From the NCBI RefSeq assembly GCF_004010195.1, contig NC_057752.1, forward strand, positions 6,026,044 through 6,090,043: a stretch of DNA of 64,000 nt, written 5' to 3'. Shown piece by piece: positions 1 through 12,642 of the stretch. The first letter of the stretch is position 1; every line of letters begins with the position of its first letter. Source of the stretch: Chiloscyllium plagiosum (lineage: Eukaryota). The notes beneath the pieces are model-generated. The model saw only the letters and a program-made list of their open reading frames with translations. It did not search any database and had not been told where the DNA came from. The position numbers and the translations under genes are program-made.

Positions 1-415
1 GGGTTAGGGTCTAGAATGTACTGTCTGAGAGTGTGGGGGGAAGGCAGGTTCACTTGAGGGGTTAGGGTCTGGAATGTACTATCTGAGAGTGTAGGGGCAG
101 AGGCAGGTTCACTCGAGGGGTTAGGGTCTGGAATGTACTATCTGAGAGTGTGGGGGGAAGGCAGGTTCACTTAAGCTGTTAGGGTCTGGAATGGACTGTC
201 TGAGAGTGTAGGGGAAGCAGGTTCACTCGAGGGGTTAGGGTCTAGAATGTACTATCTGAGAGTGTAGGGGGAGGCAGGTTCACTCGAGGGGTTAGGGTCT
301 GGAATGTACTATCTTAGAGTGTGGGGGAAGGCAGGTTCACTTGAGTGTGGAGGAGTCAGGTTCACTTAAGAAGTTAGGATCTGGAATGGACTGTCTGAGA
401 GTGTGGTGGAAGTGA
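1..415 (+). repeat. Minisatellite, ~57-59-bp unit, about 7 copies (runs off the window start)
   Basis: Unit GGGTTAGGGTCTGGAATGTACTATCTGAGAGTGTGGGGGAAGGCAGGTTCACTCGAG; copies start near 1, 59, 118, 176, 232, 288, 372. Confidence 0.92.
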
Positions 416-1319
416 CTTTCTAATGGGTTTGGATCAGCGTGTAAAGGCTATGAATTTGTAGAACCACTGGGAAAGGATTGGGGTGGGGGGAGTGGGGTCT
501 CAGTGAATTACTCTTATAGCAATAATACGTTAAATGGCGTCCTTCTGCACTGTAACCATTCTTGAATTCCATGCAGTACTGGTGCAGAGAATGTTCCCGG
601 ATGAGTGAACCAGTATGGAGTCTGGCGGTTTTCCTGAAACAATCAACCATCTGGCTCTCTGTCCCTTCTGATATCATTCACATCCACTAGATTGCTCCTT
701 TTGATATGTGGTTTGAGACTGACAACTGACATCTCTGTTAACAGTCTGCAGTATGTTGCTACTGGGTCAACATGCCCAGCGCAATATACCAACCAGATTT
801 GAGAAGCTGTGCAAAGTGAACCAATGCAGTCAGGGCTGACAATTGTCATTGTTTAAAAGAAAATATTTATTTAGATCAGAACATATCCAGGTGGAAAATA
901 CATTTCACTCTCAAGACTGGGTTTTAAAAGTCTCCCGGAAAAATAGGTGACTTGTCCAATTTCGCTCCACATTGTGTAGATATCCTCAGAACAAATAAGA
1001 GGCAGATTAATTGTGTTACTAACTTTTAACGTTCCCCAAGGAACATTAAACAGACCTATTACAATAAGAACCAGCCTTGGGGAGCTCTAATCAGAATCCA
1101 TTAATGGCTGTTTTACTGAAAAAGCATATGTAACAGATCGAAAACACAAAACTAATTGACAATTTTTGTTCCTTGTACATAGAAGATACCAGACCTTGTT
1201 GAAAGCAAAAAAATTATATAATTTGCCATTATCTTTGCCAAGAGAACAAAACAAATTTACAAAATTTCTACAAAATCAGAATGATGAGTGAACAGAGGAC
1301 TAATACATTTCTTAGCATC

Positions 1320-1932
1320 AACATCCTGGGGGGGTACCATTGACCAGAAACTCAACTCACCACCACCCCCCACTGCGGGCACACACACACACACGCAAAA
1401 GCTGTCCACCATCTACAAGGAAAAAAAACAGGAGTGTGATGAAGTACTCCCCACTTGCCTGAATGGGTGCATCCAACAACACTCAAGAAGCTTGACACCA
1501 TCCATCCAGGACGAAGCAGCCTTTTTGATTGGCACCACTACCCACACTTATACCCTCTATCACTGACGCTCAGTAGCAGCAATATATACCACCTACAAGA
1601 TGCACTGCAGAAATTCATCAAAGATCCTCAGACAGCACCTTCTGAACCCACGATCACTTCCATCTCGAAGGACAAGAGCAGCAAATACATGGGAATACCA
1701 CCACCACCTGCAAGTTCCCCTCCAAGCCACTCACCACCCTGATTTTTATCTACGCCACTGTTCCTTCAGTTTCGCTGGGTTCAAATCTAGGAACTCTTTG
1801 TCTAACAGCATTGTGGGTCTACCTTTACCATACACCACAGCGGCTCAAGAGGCAGCTCACCACCACCTTCTGAAGGGCAACTGGGGATGGGCAATAAATG
1901 CTGGCTGAGCCAGTGTCACTCAGATCCCATGA
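1320..1932 (+). mobile_element. LINE 3' fragment (second CR1/L2-group family)
   Basis: Homologous to 26900-27550 (gaccagaaactcaact, ctgtccaccatctacaagg, gatgcactgcagaaattca). Confidence 0.75.
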
Positions 1933-2599
1933 CACATATAAGGTAAAGGAGAAATTAACCCAATCAGCTGTCAAAAAATTCAATTCGCCTCACAATAATT
2001 GGCAGCATTAACCTTCTTTCAGTTGGAAAGTCAGCTGTACAATTGTGTGAAACTATATCAATTCAAGGGCTCACTTTTCTCAGCTTATTTCACAGTTGAA
2101 GTGTTGTTGGTTCAGGTCCTATTCTTGGACATTAGCACAGAAGAGTGCATGCGCAGTCAGAGCAGCTACTTTACAGCTGTGATGATAATCCTGTTCAGGT
2201 GAATGGTTCAATTTGGAAAAGGGCAGGATTCTTTTCCCCTGTGTCCTGATTGACCTGCCTCCCTCAAATACCAATACCAAACTAGATTAGCTCACTGTTT
2301 GCAAGACCTGATGCAGTGAGTTTATTTGCCACAAAAGTGACCACGTCTCAAAAGTAATTAACTGGCAATGAAGTCCGTTGGGACATCCTGAGGAGATAAA
2401 AATTACTATTTAAATGCAGTCTATTCCCTTCAGTTGTCATTAAAATACAATATGAATCCATAGGTCCAACTAAGAGGTTGACATCACAATAAGTTCATCC
2501 TCTTAACTGCTCCACACTCCATGTTCAAAGTTATGGTAAAGCTAATTTATCCCTTTGTAGACGTTAAACCTTTGCAGAGTGAAACAACATTGAGGGGCT

Positions 2600-2886
2600 A
2601 TTGTGGACAGCCCCAAAACCACAATTTGCAATATTGTAAATTTTAGTTTCTCTCTGTAGTGATTGAAACCAGGCGGATCTAGTTGACTACGAGATCCTTG
2701 ATTGGGGTTGTTTACCTGGGCCAGTCAGGAAAGCCCTGGCTGACCAATAGTAACAGGGGATTTTAGAATCTCCACAGTTCAGGAGACTGACTCTGAGCTG
2801 GCTGGCTGGCCGCAGCTAGTGTACTGTGCACAATCAAAGGAAGGGTGACTTGGTGATGGGATACCGGCCTCTGTGCAGTTATTTCA
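2600..2886 (+). mobile_element. Possible solo LTR of another family
   Basis: Ends ...gggtgacttggtgatgggataccggcctctgtgcagttatttca with LTR-like organisation; no TSD confirmed. Confidence 0.35.
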
Positions 2887-3544
2887 CTCTCATAACGAAT
2901 GGAATGACAAAATGTGCCTCCACTTTCAGACTCTCCCTGTGGAACATTAAAAAATACCTTTTTAAAAAAAAAAATCAGATTTTTGGCTGATTTAACCTCC
3001 AATGGACACTGGATTCAAAGTCCACTTTCGTATAAACTCTTAGAATAAAAACAGATTGGGGTGGATTAATTCAAGTGTTCAACCTCCACCCCCCCCCCCC
3101 CCCCGTCCCAGTTCACAATAATTCCGGCGGCATGTTACAGCTGATTTGGTATTTTGCCATTGCCTTCCATCTGATCATTTTTACTTAAGATCCAAGCAAG
3201 TTATTGTAGAACATGTACTGAAGACTTTGTCCAGAAGATAAAGGTGACGGACCACATGAAAATGTTTTAAGAAGCACCTGACCAGAAAGACACAAAAGAA
3301 TTGAGCCCATAAACTTTGAACTGTGTGGTACATTATTCTTGTTTGTCTGGTTGAAGAGGAAGCTGTGGGTATCTCTTCATTCACTAACACAGATATAATG
3401 GGCAGAATGGCCTCCATCTTCATTTTCTATGATCATCCTGATCTCAATGCAATGGAATTAAAATGCCATTAAAACGCCCTGATCGGATCTGAACACACTT
3501 TCCTCAAAGCTTTAGCCTTGGCCCTTGGATAAGAACTAAAAGCA

Positions 3545-4778
3545 ACGAATAAAGGAACTTACAGCACAGGAACAGGCCCTTCGGCCCTTCAAGCCTGCGC
3601 CGATCCAGATCCTCTATCTAAACCTGTTGCCTATTTTCTAAAGATCTGTATCCCTCTGCTCCCTGTCCATTCATGTATCTGTCCAGATATATCGGAAATG
3701 ATGCTATCGTGCCCATCTCTACCACCTCCGCTGGCATCGCGTTCCAGGCACCCACTACCCTCTGCATAAAGAACTTTCCATGTATATCTCCCTTAAACTT
3801 TTTCCCTCTCACCTTGAACTCGTGACCCCTAGTAATTGAGTCCCCTACCCTGAGAAAAACACTTCTTGCTATCCACCCTCTCTCTACCCCTCATGATTTT
3901 GTAGGCCTCAATCAGGTTCCCCCCTCAACCTCCGTCTTTCGAATGAAAATAATCCTAAACTACTCAACCTCCCCTCATAGTTAGTGCCCTCCATACCAGG
4001 CAACATCCTGGTGAACTTTCTCTGCACCCTCCCCAAAGCATCCACATGCTTTTGGTAGTGTGGCAACCAGAACGGTTCACAGTATTCCAAATGTGGCTGA
4101 ACCAAAGTCCTATACAACTGTAACATGACCTGCCAGCTCTTGTACTGAGTACCCCGTCCGATGAAGGAAAGCATGCCGTATGTCCTCTTGACCACTCTCT
4201 CGACCTGCGTTGCCACTTCATGGTACAATTAACCTGAACACCCAGATCTCTCTGTGCATCAATTTTCCCCAGGGCTTTTCCATTTACTGTATAGTTCACT
4301 CTTGAATTGGATCTCCCAAACGTATCACTTTGCATTTGCCGGGATTGAACTCCATCTGCCATTTCTCCGCCCAACTCTCCAATTTATCTATATTCTGCTG
4401 GATTCTCTGACAGTTCCCGTCACTATCTGCTACACCACCAATCTTAGTGTCATCTGCAAACTTGCTAATCATACCACCTATACCTTCCTCCAGATCATTT
4501 ATGTATATTGCAAACAGTGGTCCCAGCACGGATCCCAGTGGAACACCACTGGTCACAGATCTCCATTTTAAGAAACTCCCTTCCATCACTACTGTCTGTG
4601 TCCTGCTGCCCAGCCAGTTCTCCATCCATCTAGCTTGTACACCCTGGACCCCATGAGACTTCACTTTCTCCCTCCGCCTGCCGGGGTGGGGGGGGGGGAT
4701 GGACCTTATCAGACGGCTTACTGAAGTCCATGTATATGACATCTACAGCCTTCCCTCAGCAATCAACTTTGTCACTTC
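3545..4778 (-). mobile_element. CR1 LINE, 3' part (host of the Gypsy insertion)
   Basis: RT motifs GVPLGSVLGP, KFADDTK, RTLVQPHLEYC; CR1 C-terminus RVVGAWNAMP and 3' UTR. Confidence 0.9.
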
Positions 4779-5402
4779 TGTGATGAAGTTGCTCCTTTAA
4801 CAAGGTTATACTGTCCTTGGTTTTTTTTTCAGACAGGTTGTAAATGACACAGACTCCGAAACGTGTAGAGGTTGAAGGGTTTTAGTGCCAATTTGATGAT
4901 AGCTAACAGATACTGCCTCAGGCAGAAGGCTTTCGAGTTTTAAAAAAGACACTTGTACAATGGAAGGGGTTTGGCTAGTTCTCCCAGCTCAGCTTTTCTC
5001 TGGTTTGGTTTTTTTTAAAAGCAGTAGCAGAAAAGCTGCTGGGCCCAGAAGCAGGTCCAGGCTGATACTCTCTCTCTCTGACATCTATCCTGTAAGAACT
5101 TATATTTGATTTTACCTTTTGTGCCAAAGGGTGTTTATGAGGATATTTGCAAGTATTTGAATCAGCATCATTAAGTTGGGATAATCTGTTGAGTTTTTGG
5201 AGAGGTTAAGTTATTCTGTATTCTGTTCTCTGTTGTTTGTCTCTCATTCAGTAATCTTGGAAATAAATTCTGTTTTGTTTAAAACTAAGTGGTTTGACCA
5301 GCTGTTTCTCTCCTGGTTACACCTGCTTAAAACAATGAGCAAAGGTAGGGTCTGCGCTACTTTCTTGAAATGTTTCGAGGGGGTCTGGCCTGGTCCATAA
5401 CA
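4779..5402 (+). repeat. 5' LTR
   Basis: Direct repeat of 9803-10438; begins TGTGATG, ends CATAACA; AATAAA near 5261. Confidence 0.92.
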
Positions 5403-5404
5403 GA

Positions 5405-5428
5405 TTGAGGGCTCCTTTGCAGGATTTG
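5405..5428 (+). other. Degenerate primer-binding site (tRNA-Pro-like)
   Basis: TGAGGGCTCCTTTGCAGGATTTG just after the 5' LTR resembles TGGGGGCTCGTCCGGGATTTG. Confidence 0.5.
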
Positions 5429-5519
5429 TTCTGTAGTTCCAAATTGGGATTCGGGTTGTTGGACTCGAAGGCAGCAAGTGGTTTGTTCCGGATGTTGAAT
5501 TCAGTTGGTGCTTGGGATA

Positions 5520-6254
5520 ACAGTGGCTCTTTCAGTCACCAAGTATTTTCTGGGATGGAAGAAGTGACTTTGGGGGTTTTACAAAAAGTGATTAAGGCCA
5601 AGCTGCTGGAATTAGCCGACAAGCTGGAGCTGCCTCCTTCTGTGAGGAGAGATAATTACAGCAATAGCTCAGTATTAAAATTTGCTGGAACGACCATCGG
5701 AATCATTAGAGATGGCCATAATTCAATTGCAAATGAAGCAGCTTGGGTGACAGGCAAAAGACAAGGAAATGCGATTAAAAGCAGAAGAGAGAGAAAATGA
5801 GACAGAGTTTAAATTTCAGAAATTGACACTTCGACAGGAGCTCAAAAATTCACTTTCTGAAGTAGTGAGAACTCATGTGGAAGAGCAGAGAGTTAAAATG
5901 ACAAGACTGGCAGCTGAAGTGGCTGATGATTATGAGTTGGTCCATAAATCAAAGTTTGGCTTCCAAAATCAATTTCAGTCCGTGAGGGATAGAAATTGGG
6001 GAAAAGAGAAATCCTCACGTGGAAAGGGAAAGGTAGATCTCGGTGAAGATCATGAGAATAACTTACCTCAGGGTAAAAAGGAAACCCATGAAGGGGAAAC
6101 AGAAGTTAAAAAGCTCCAGCGTTTTCACTGCAATAAAGTCGGCCACATGAAATCACAGTGTTGGTGGGTTAGGAAAAACACTGGGAAGCCAGATGTAGGA
6201 AAACAGGATAAGCCAGTGAATTTTGTTGGAGTGGTAATGGAGAACACAGTGTAG
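5520..6254 (+). pseudogene. Gmr1-type gag remnant (SCAN/capsid-CTD-like segment and degenerate zinc knuckle)
   Basis: ELKNSLSEVVRTHVEEQRVKMTRLAAEVADDY; RFHCNKVGHMKSQC (CX2CX4HX4C with first Cys lost); frameshifted and apparently internally deleted. Confidence 0.7.
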
Positions 6255-6329
6255 GCTAGAAAGCTGCACTAGAATGTATAACCTGGTCAGGGGTTGGTTA
6301 AGGAGGAAGTGCCAGATCTTCTTAAACCA

Positions 6330-9300
6330 TGTACCTGCGAAGGTAAAGTTTACTCACATAGCTCAGGAACAGCAGGTAAAGAGGTTACAATATTAAGAAA
6401 TACAGGATCCTCTCAATCTGTGATGTTGAAGATGAGGAGATATGTACTTCTGAAGGACTATTGCTAGAAAAGGTACTAGTAATGGGAATTCATGGTGAGA
6501 CAAAAAGCACTCAGTTATGTAAAGTGAGGTTAGAGTGTCCAGGGAAGAGTGGAGAAGTTGTGTTCGGAGTACTGGACAAATTCTCAGCTCCAGGAATACA
6601 ATTTGTCCTTGTTAATGATATAGCTGGTTCACAGGTAGGAGTGATGCCTACTGTAGTTGAAAAACCAGTGGCGATTCAGGCAACTAAACTATTGCATACC
6701 CTGTGATTTTTCCTGACTGTGTGGTAACAAGGTCACAAAGTCACCAGTTGAAACAGGAGAAATCAAAGAGTACAGATAAGAAAGTTGAAGTGACATTAGC
6801 AGAGACCCTGTTTGATCAGGTGGTTGAGACAACCAGGAGCAGATAGATGACAAAGCAGACATCTTTAACTCTGATAAATTAACTGAGTTACAGCAGAAAA
6901 ATGAAAATTTAAAGCAATTGTAGCAAAAGGCATACACAGAAAAAGAATCCAAATGTATCCCTGAATGTTATTATCTTAAAAATGATGTCTTAATGAGAAA
7001 ATGGAGACCATCACATATTCAGGCAGATGAGAAATGGGCAGAAGTTCATCAAATTGTGTTGACAATGGGGTATAGGAAGGAGGTGTTGCGAGTGGTGCAT
7101 GAATTACCACAAGGGGGTTATTTAAGGGTGAAGAAAACTCAAGCTAAAACAAAAACATTTTTACTGGCCTGGACTGCACAAGGATGTAGTTGATTTTGCC
7201 AGACATGTCATACATGTCAGGTAATTGGAAAGCCACAGGTGGTAATAAAACTCACACCTTTAATACCTATTCCTGCATTTGAGGAACCTTTTACAAGAGT
7301 CTTAATTGATTGTGTAGCACACCTACCTCAAAGAAAAAGTGGGAATCAGTATTTGTTAACAGTAATGGATGTATTGACTAGATTTCCAAAGGCCGTTCCA
7401 TTACACAATATCACAGCTAAAAGGATTGCAGAGGAATTATTCAAATTTTTCACGAGATACGGATTACCCATAGAGATACAATCAGATCAAGGGTCAAACT
7501 TCACATTGAAATTGTTCAAGGAAGCTAAGGGTAGCTTAGAAATAAAACAATACAAATCTACTGCGTACCATCTAGTCACAGGATTGCTAGGTAGGTGACA
7601 TCAGACATTAAAGACCACGTTGAGGTCTTATAGTCAAGACTATCCAGATTATTGGGATAAAAGAATTCTGTTTGTGCTTTTTGCAATCCAAGATGTACCA
7701 AATGAATCGACCAAATACAGTCCATTTGAATTAGTTTTTGGGCATGAAGTGAGAGGACCGCTAAAATTGATTAAGGAGAAATTGGTCAGTCAGAATTCAG
7801 AGACCACATATATAGACTGTGTACCAAATTCTAGGGGACAATTAAATAGAGCGGGGGGAGTTAACTAGACAGCATTTAAAAGTATCACCACATACAATGA
7901 GACAGGAAGCAGACAAGAAATCAAAAATTCACAATTTTGCTATCAGGGATAAGGTGTTAGTGTTACTTCCAGTCATAGGTGAACATTTAAAAGCATGGTT
8001 TAGTGGACCTTATCAAGTTGAAAGGAAATTGAGTGAAGTGAGCTATTTGATAAGGACTCCAGACAGAAAGAAATCTCACAGAGTGTGTCTCACAGAATAT
8101 GCTCAAGAGGTGTTTTGACAGGGAAGGAAAGCCAAAGGTTACAACATTGAGAGAAGAACCAAATTCAGAGGATTCTGAATTGGACATTTCTCGAATTAAA
8201 TTGGACAATAATGAAGTTGTCAAAAATTGGGATAGCTTATTGAGTTGCCTTCCAGAGGAAAATCGAAATGACCTGAAAGAGCTATCGCTATCACATGGGG
8301 CGATAAGTGGAAATAAGCTGGGTAGTACTAATTATGCATGATGTGGATAAAGGAGATGTTGCTCCGATTAAGCAATATTCTTATAGGCATAGCGCTCTAA
8401 AGTTGGCACAGGTTCAGAAGGAGTTTGAACACATGCTCCAAGGCAATCTAATGGAAGTGAGTTATGGTAACTGGAGCTCACCCATACTCATGGTGCCAAA
8501 GCTAGATGGTACTCAACAGTTACGTGTGGACTATTGCAAAGTCAATGCAGTTACAAAGACTGTTGCATATCCCATTCCGCTTTTGGAAGACTGTGTTAAA
8601 AAGGTGGGACAAGCAACTTATATTTCTAAGTTGGACTTGCTCAGCGTGTACTGGCAGGTACCTTTGTCAGAGAGAGCAAAGGCAATTTCAGCTTTCGTAA
8701 CTCCAAATGGACTGCATCAGTTTAAAGTCATGCTGTTTGGTATGAAAAACACGCCGGCCACATTTCAGAGACTAACCAATAAGGTCATTTCCAGATTACT
8801 CAACTGTATCGTATGTATCGATGACCTGATGATTTTTAGTCACACATGGAAGGAACATTTGTAACATTTACAAGATTGTTTAATCAACTTTGGAAGGCAG
8901 GCTTGGTGATAAACCTGGCTAAAAGTGAATTTGCCAAAGCCCAAGTCCCTTTTGTGGGCCATGTTATTGGACATGGACAAGTGGCCCCTGGGGATGTAAA
9001 AACAAAGGCAATTGGGGTGTTTCCTGTACCATCGACAAAAACAGCAGTATTATGGTTCCTGGGATTGAGTGGATTTTATCAGATATTGGTACCAAATTTT
9101 AGCAGTGTGGCTGCTCCACTCACTGAATTGCTAAAGAAAGGCAAGAGATTTCAGTGGACAGCGGACTGTCAGAATGTACTTAACAGACTGAAAGCTGTGT
9201 TCACCACTGCCCCAGTATTAGCCACACCTAATTACACAAAGCCATTCAAGGTGGCTATCGATGCAAGTGATGTGGGGTGTCGGTGCTGTGCTCTTACAGG

Positions 9301-9620
9301 AAGATGATGAGAAGACAGAAAGACCTATTTGGTTTTCTCCAGTAAATTGAACATTCTTCAGCAGAAACATTCGACAGTTGAGAAGGAGACTTTGAGCTTG
9401 GTGTTGGTGTTAACAACATTTCAATGTATATTGTACCAGTAATGTATCTGAGGCAATCATATATACTGATCATAACCCATTGCAGTTTTTGGACAGATTT
9501 AAGGACAAAAATGCCAGACAGTTTAGATGGAGCTTATTGTTACAGCCATTCAATTTGAAAATTGTGCATGTGGCAGGCCAAGAAAATGTGATTGCCAACA
9601 CATTGTCAAGACTCAAATGA
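6330..9620 (+). pseudogene. Gmr1-type pol remnant: protease - integrase - RT - RNase H
   Basis: PR ILRNTGSSQS ~6390; INT VLIDCV / QSDQGSNF / SPFELVFG 7239-7868; GPY motif ~8005; RT WSSPIL, LDLL, FGMKN, CIDD 8307-8864; RH AIDASDVG, DHNPL 9250-9600. Confidence 0.9.
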
Positions 9621-9802
9621 GAGATGGAGGTGTTCGGTGGTGGGAATACAACAGACTGAAACGGGATGTAGTTGTGCATGTTTGCATGTTTATTATCGAT
9701 GTGATGTATATGTGTGCTTTTGACTACTAACAATTTTTAAGGAGTTTTAAAATGAAGCCACCTTTGGATATTTATGGTTCATTTTATTAAGTGGGGGGGG
9801 GG

Positions 9803-10438
9803 GGTGACAAAGCAGCTCCTTTAACAAGGTTATGTTGTCCTTGGCTTATTTTTCAGAGGTCATAAAAGACACAGACTCTAAAATGTCTGGAGGTTGAAGG
9901 GTTGTAGCGCCCATTTTATAATAGCTAACAGATACTGCCTCAGACAGAAGGCTTTCAAGTTTAAAAAAAAAACAAACATTGGTACAATGAAAGGGGATTG
10001 GCCAGTTCTCCCAGCTCAGCTTTTCTCTGGTTTGTTTTGTTTTAGCAGTAGTGGAAAAGCTGCTGGACCCAGAAGCAGGTCCAGGTTGGTACTCTCTCTC
10101 TCTCTCTCTCTGTCGGATTTCTATCTTGTAAGAACTTGTGTTTGATTTTACCTTTTGTGCCAAAGGGTGTTTATAGGGATATTTGCAAGTATTTGGAACA
10201 GCATCATTTAGTTGGGATAATCTGTTGAGTTTTTGGAGAGGTTACGTTATTCTGTATTCTGTTCTCTGTTGTTTGCCTTTCATTCAGTAATCTTGGAAAT
10301 AAATTCTGTTTTGTTTAAAACTAAGTGGTTTGACCAACTGTTTCTCTCCTGGTTACACCTGCTTAAAACAACAAGCAAAGTTAGGGTCTGGGCTACCTTC
10401 TTGAAATGTTTCGAGAGGGTCTGGCCTAGTCCATAACA
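9803..10438 (+). repeat. 3' LTR
   Basis: Direct repeat of 4779-5402, preceded by a G-run polypurine tract (9789-9802). Confidence 0.92.
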
Positions 10439-12380
10439 CTTCCTCAAAGAATTCTATTAAGTTCGTAAGACATGACCTTCCCGACACAAAACCATGTTGC
10501 CTATCACTGATAAGCCCATTTTCTTCCAAATGTAAAAAGATCCTATCCCTCCGTATCTTCTCCAGCAGCTTCCCTACCAATGACATCAGGCTCACTGGTC
10601 TATAATTACCTGGATTATCCCTGCTACCCTTCTTAAACAAGGGGACAACATTAGCAATTCTTCAGTCCTCCAGGACCTCACCCATGTTCAAGGATGCTGC
10701 AAAGATATCTGATAAGGCCCCAATTATTTCGCTTCTCTCAATAATTTGGGATAGATTCCATCTGGACCTGGGGACTTGTCCACCTTAATGCCTTTTAGAA
10801 TACCCAACACTTCCTCCCCACTTATGCCAACTTGACCTAGAGTAATCAAACATCTATCCCTAATCTCAACATCCGTCATGTCCCTCTCCTCAGTGAATAC
10901 CGATGCAAAGTACTCATTAAGAATCTCACCCATTTCCTCTGACTCCACCCACAACTTTCCTCCTTTACCCTTGAGTGGGCCAACCCTTTCTCTGGTTTCC
11001 CTCTTGCTCCTTATATATGAATAAAAGGCTTTGTGATTTTCCTCAACCTTTTAGCCCTCTTAATTCCTCATTTCAGATTTGTCCTACTTTCCCAATATTC
11101 TTCCAAAGCTTTGTCTGTCTTCAGTCACCTAGACCATATGTATGCTTCCTTTTCCCTCTTAGCTAGTCTCACAATTTCCCCTGTCATCCATGGTTCCCTA
11201 ATCTTGCCATTTCTATCCCTCATTTTCATAGGGCCATGTTTGTCCTACACTCTAATCAGCATCTCTTTAAAAGCCTCCCACATATCATGGATTTACCCTC
11301 AAACAGCTGCTCCCAATCCACATTCCCCAGCTCCTGCCAAATTTTGCAATAGTTGACCTTCCCTCAGTTTAGCACTCTTCCTTTGGGACCACACTCGTCT
11401 TTGTCCATGAGTATTCTAAAACTTATGGAATTGTGATCACTATGACTATTCCCAAAGTAATCCCCTACTGAAAGTTCAACCATCTGGCTGGGCTCATTCC
11501 CCAACACTGAGTCCAGTATGGCCCCTTCCCAAGTTGGACTATATACATGCTGCTCTATAAAACCCTCCTGGATGCTCCTTCAAATTGTGCTCCATCCAAT
11601 CCTCTAACACTAAGTGAATCCCAGTCAATTTTGGGAAAATTAAAATCTCTTATCACCACCACCCTGTCGGTCCTACATCTTTCCATGATCTGTTAACATA
11701 TTTGTACCTCTCTCTCACACAATCACTTCTGGGAGGCCTGTAGTACAGCCCCAACATTGTTACCGCAACCTTCCTATTTCTGAGTTCTGCCCATATTGCC
11801 TCACTGCTCGAGTCCTCCATAGTATCCTCCTGGAACAGCATCATTAAGTTGGGATGATCTGTTGGGTTTTCAGAGAGGTTAAGTTATTCTGTATTCTGTT
11901 CTCTGTTGTTCGTGTTTCATTCAGTAATCTTGTAAATAAATTCTGTTTTGTTTAAAACTAAGTGGTTTGACCAACTGATTCTCTCCTGGAATATCCACTG
12001 TACACCTGCTTAAAACAACGAGCAAAGTTAGGGTCTGGGCTAGCACAGCTGTGATATCCTCTCTGACCAGAAATGCAACTCCTCCACCCCTATTTACCTC
12101 CCTCTCTATCCCGCCTGAAGCATCAATATCCTGGGATATTTAGTTGCCAATCATGACCTTCCCTCAACCAAGTCTCAGTAATAGCAATAACATCATACGC
12201 CCAGGTACTAGTCCAAGCCATAAGTTCATCTGCCTTACATACTACACTTCTCACATTAAAACAAATGCACCTCAGACCACCAGTCCCTTTGCGTTCATCA
12301 TCTGCTCCCTGCCTACTCTTCCTCTTAGTCATGCTGACTTCATTATCTAGTTTCTGAAAGGCTTTAGTCACTACTTCCTT
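10439..12380 (-). mobile_element. CR1 LINE, 5' part (endonuclease to RT start), continuous with 3545-4778
   Basis: YDVIAITETWL (APE endonuclease), GLYYRPP, KSPGPDGIYP, NYRPVSL; sequence rejoins across the CTTC TSD. Confidence 0.9.
11831..12042 (+). repeat. Internal fragment of the same LTR family inserted into the CR1
   Basis: Matches LTR segment ~10194-10395; lacks LTR termini; no TSD seen. Confidence 0.85.
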
Positions 12381-12389
12381 GCTGTTAGT

Positions 12390-12642
12390 GAACAGTGGCT
12401 CAGTGGTTAGCACTGCTGTTTCACAGCACCACAGACCTGCGTTCAATCCCTGCCTCAGGTGACTGTGTGTAGCTTGCACATTCTTTCCTTTTGCTCTGGT
12501 TTCCTTCCCCAATCCAAAGATGTGCAGGCCAGGTGAATTGGCCATGCTAAATTGCCTGTAGCATGAGGTGCATTAGTCAGGGGCAAATATAGGTTAGGGG
12601 AATGGGTCTGGGTGGGTTACTCTTCGGAGGGTTGGTATGGAC
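12390..12642 (+). mobile_element. tRNA-derived SINE (shark HE1-like)
   Basis: Box A/B head gtggctcagtggttagcactgc...gttcaatccc; body ccaaagatgtgcagg...gaattggccatgctaaattgcc. Confidence 0.8.

Larger units (their letters stand above)
4779..10438 (+). mobile_element. Gmr1-like Ty3/Gypsy LTR retrotransposon, two LTRs, decayed ORFs
   Basis: LTRs 4779-5402 and ~9803-10438 (element starts TG, ends CA); TSD CTTC at 4775-4778 and 10439-10442; PBS-like and PPT sequences; gag, protease, integrase, RT and RNase H remnants with frameshifts and stops. Confidence 0.93.

Noticed and set aside
1..415. Telomere or CRISPR-like array
   Set aside because: At most one TTAGGG per ~58-bp unit, no unique spacers, and eukaryotic context; it is a minisatellite.
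570..860. Exon of a neighbouring gene
   Set aside because: Short ORFs with no recognisable homology and no convincing splice-site pair.
12390..12460. tRNA genes
   Set aside because: The tRNA-like boxes are SINE heads followed by SINE body and do not form a full cloverleaf.
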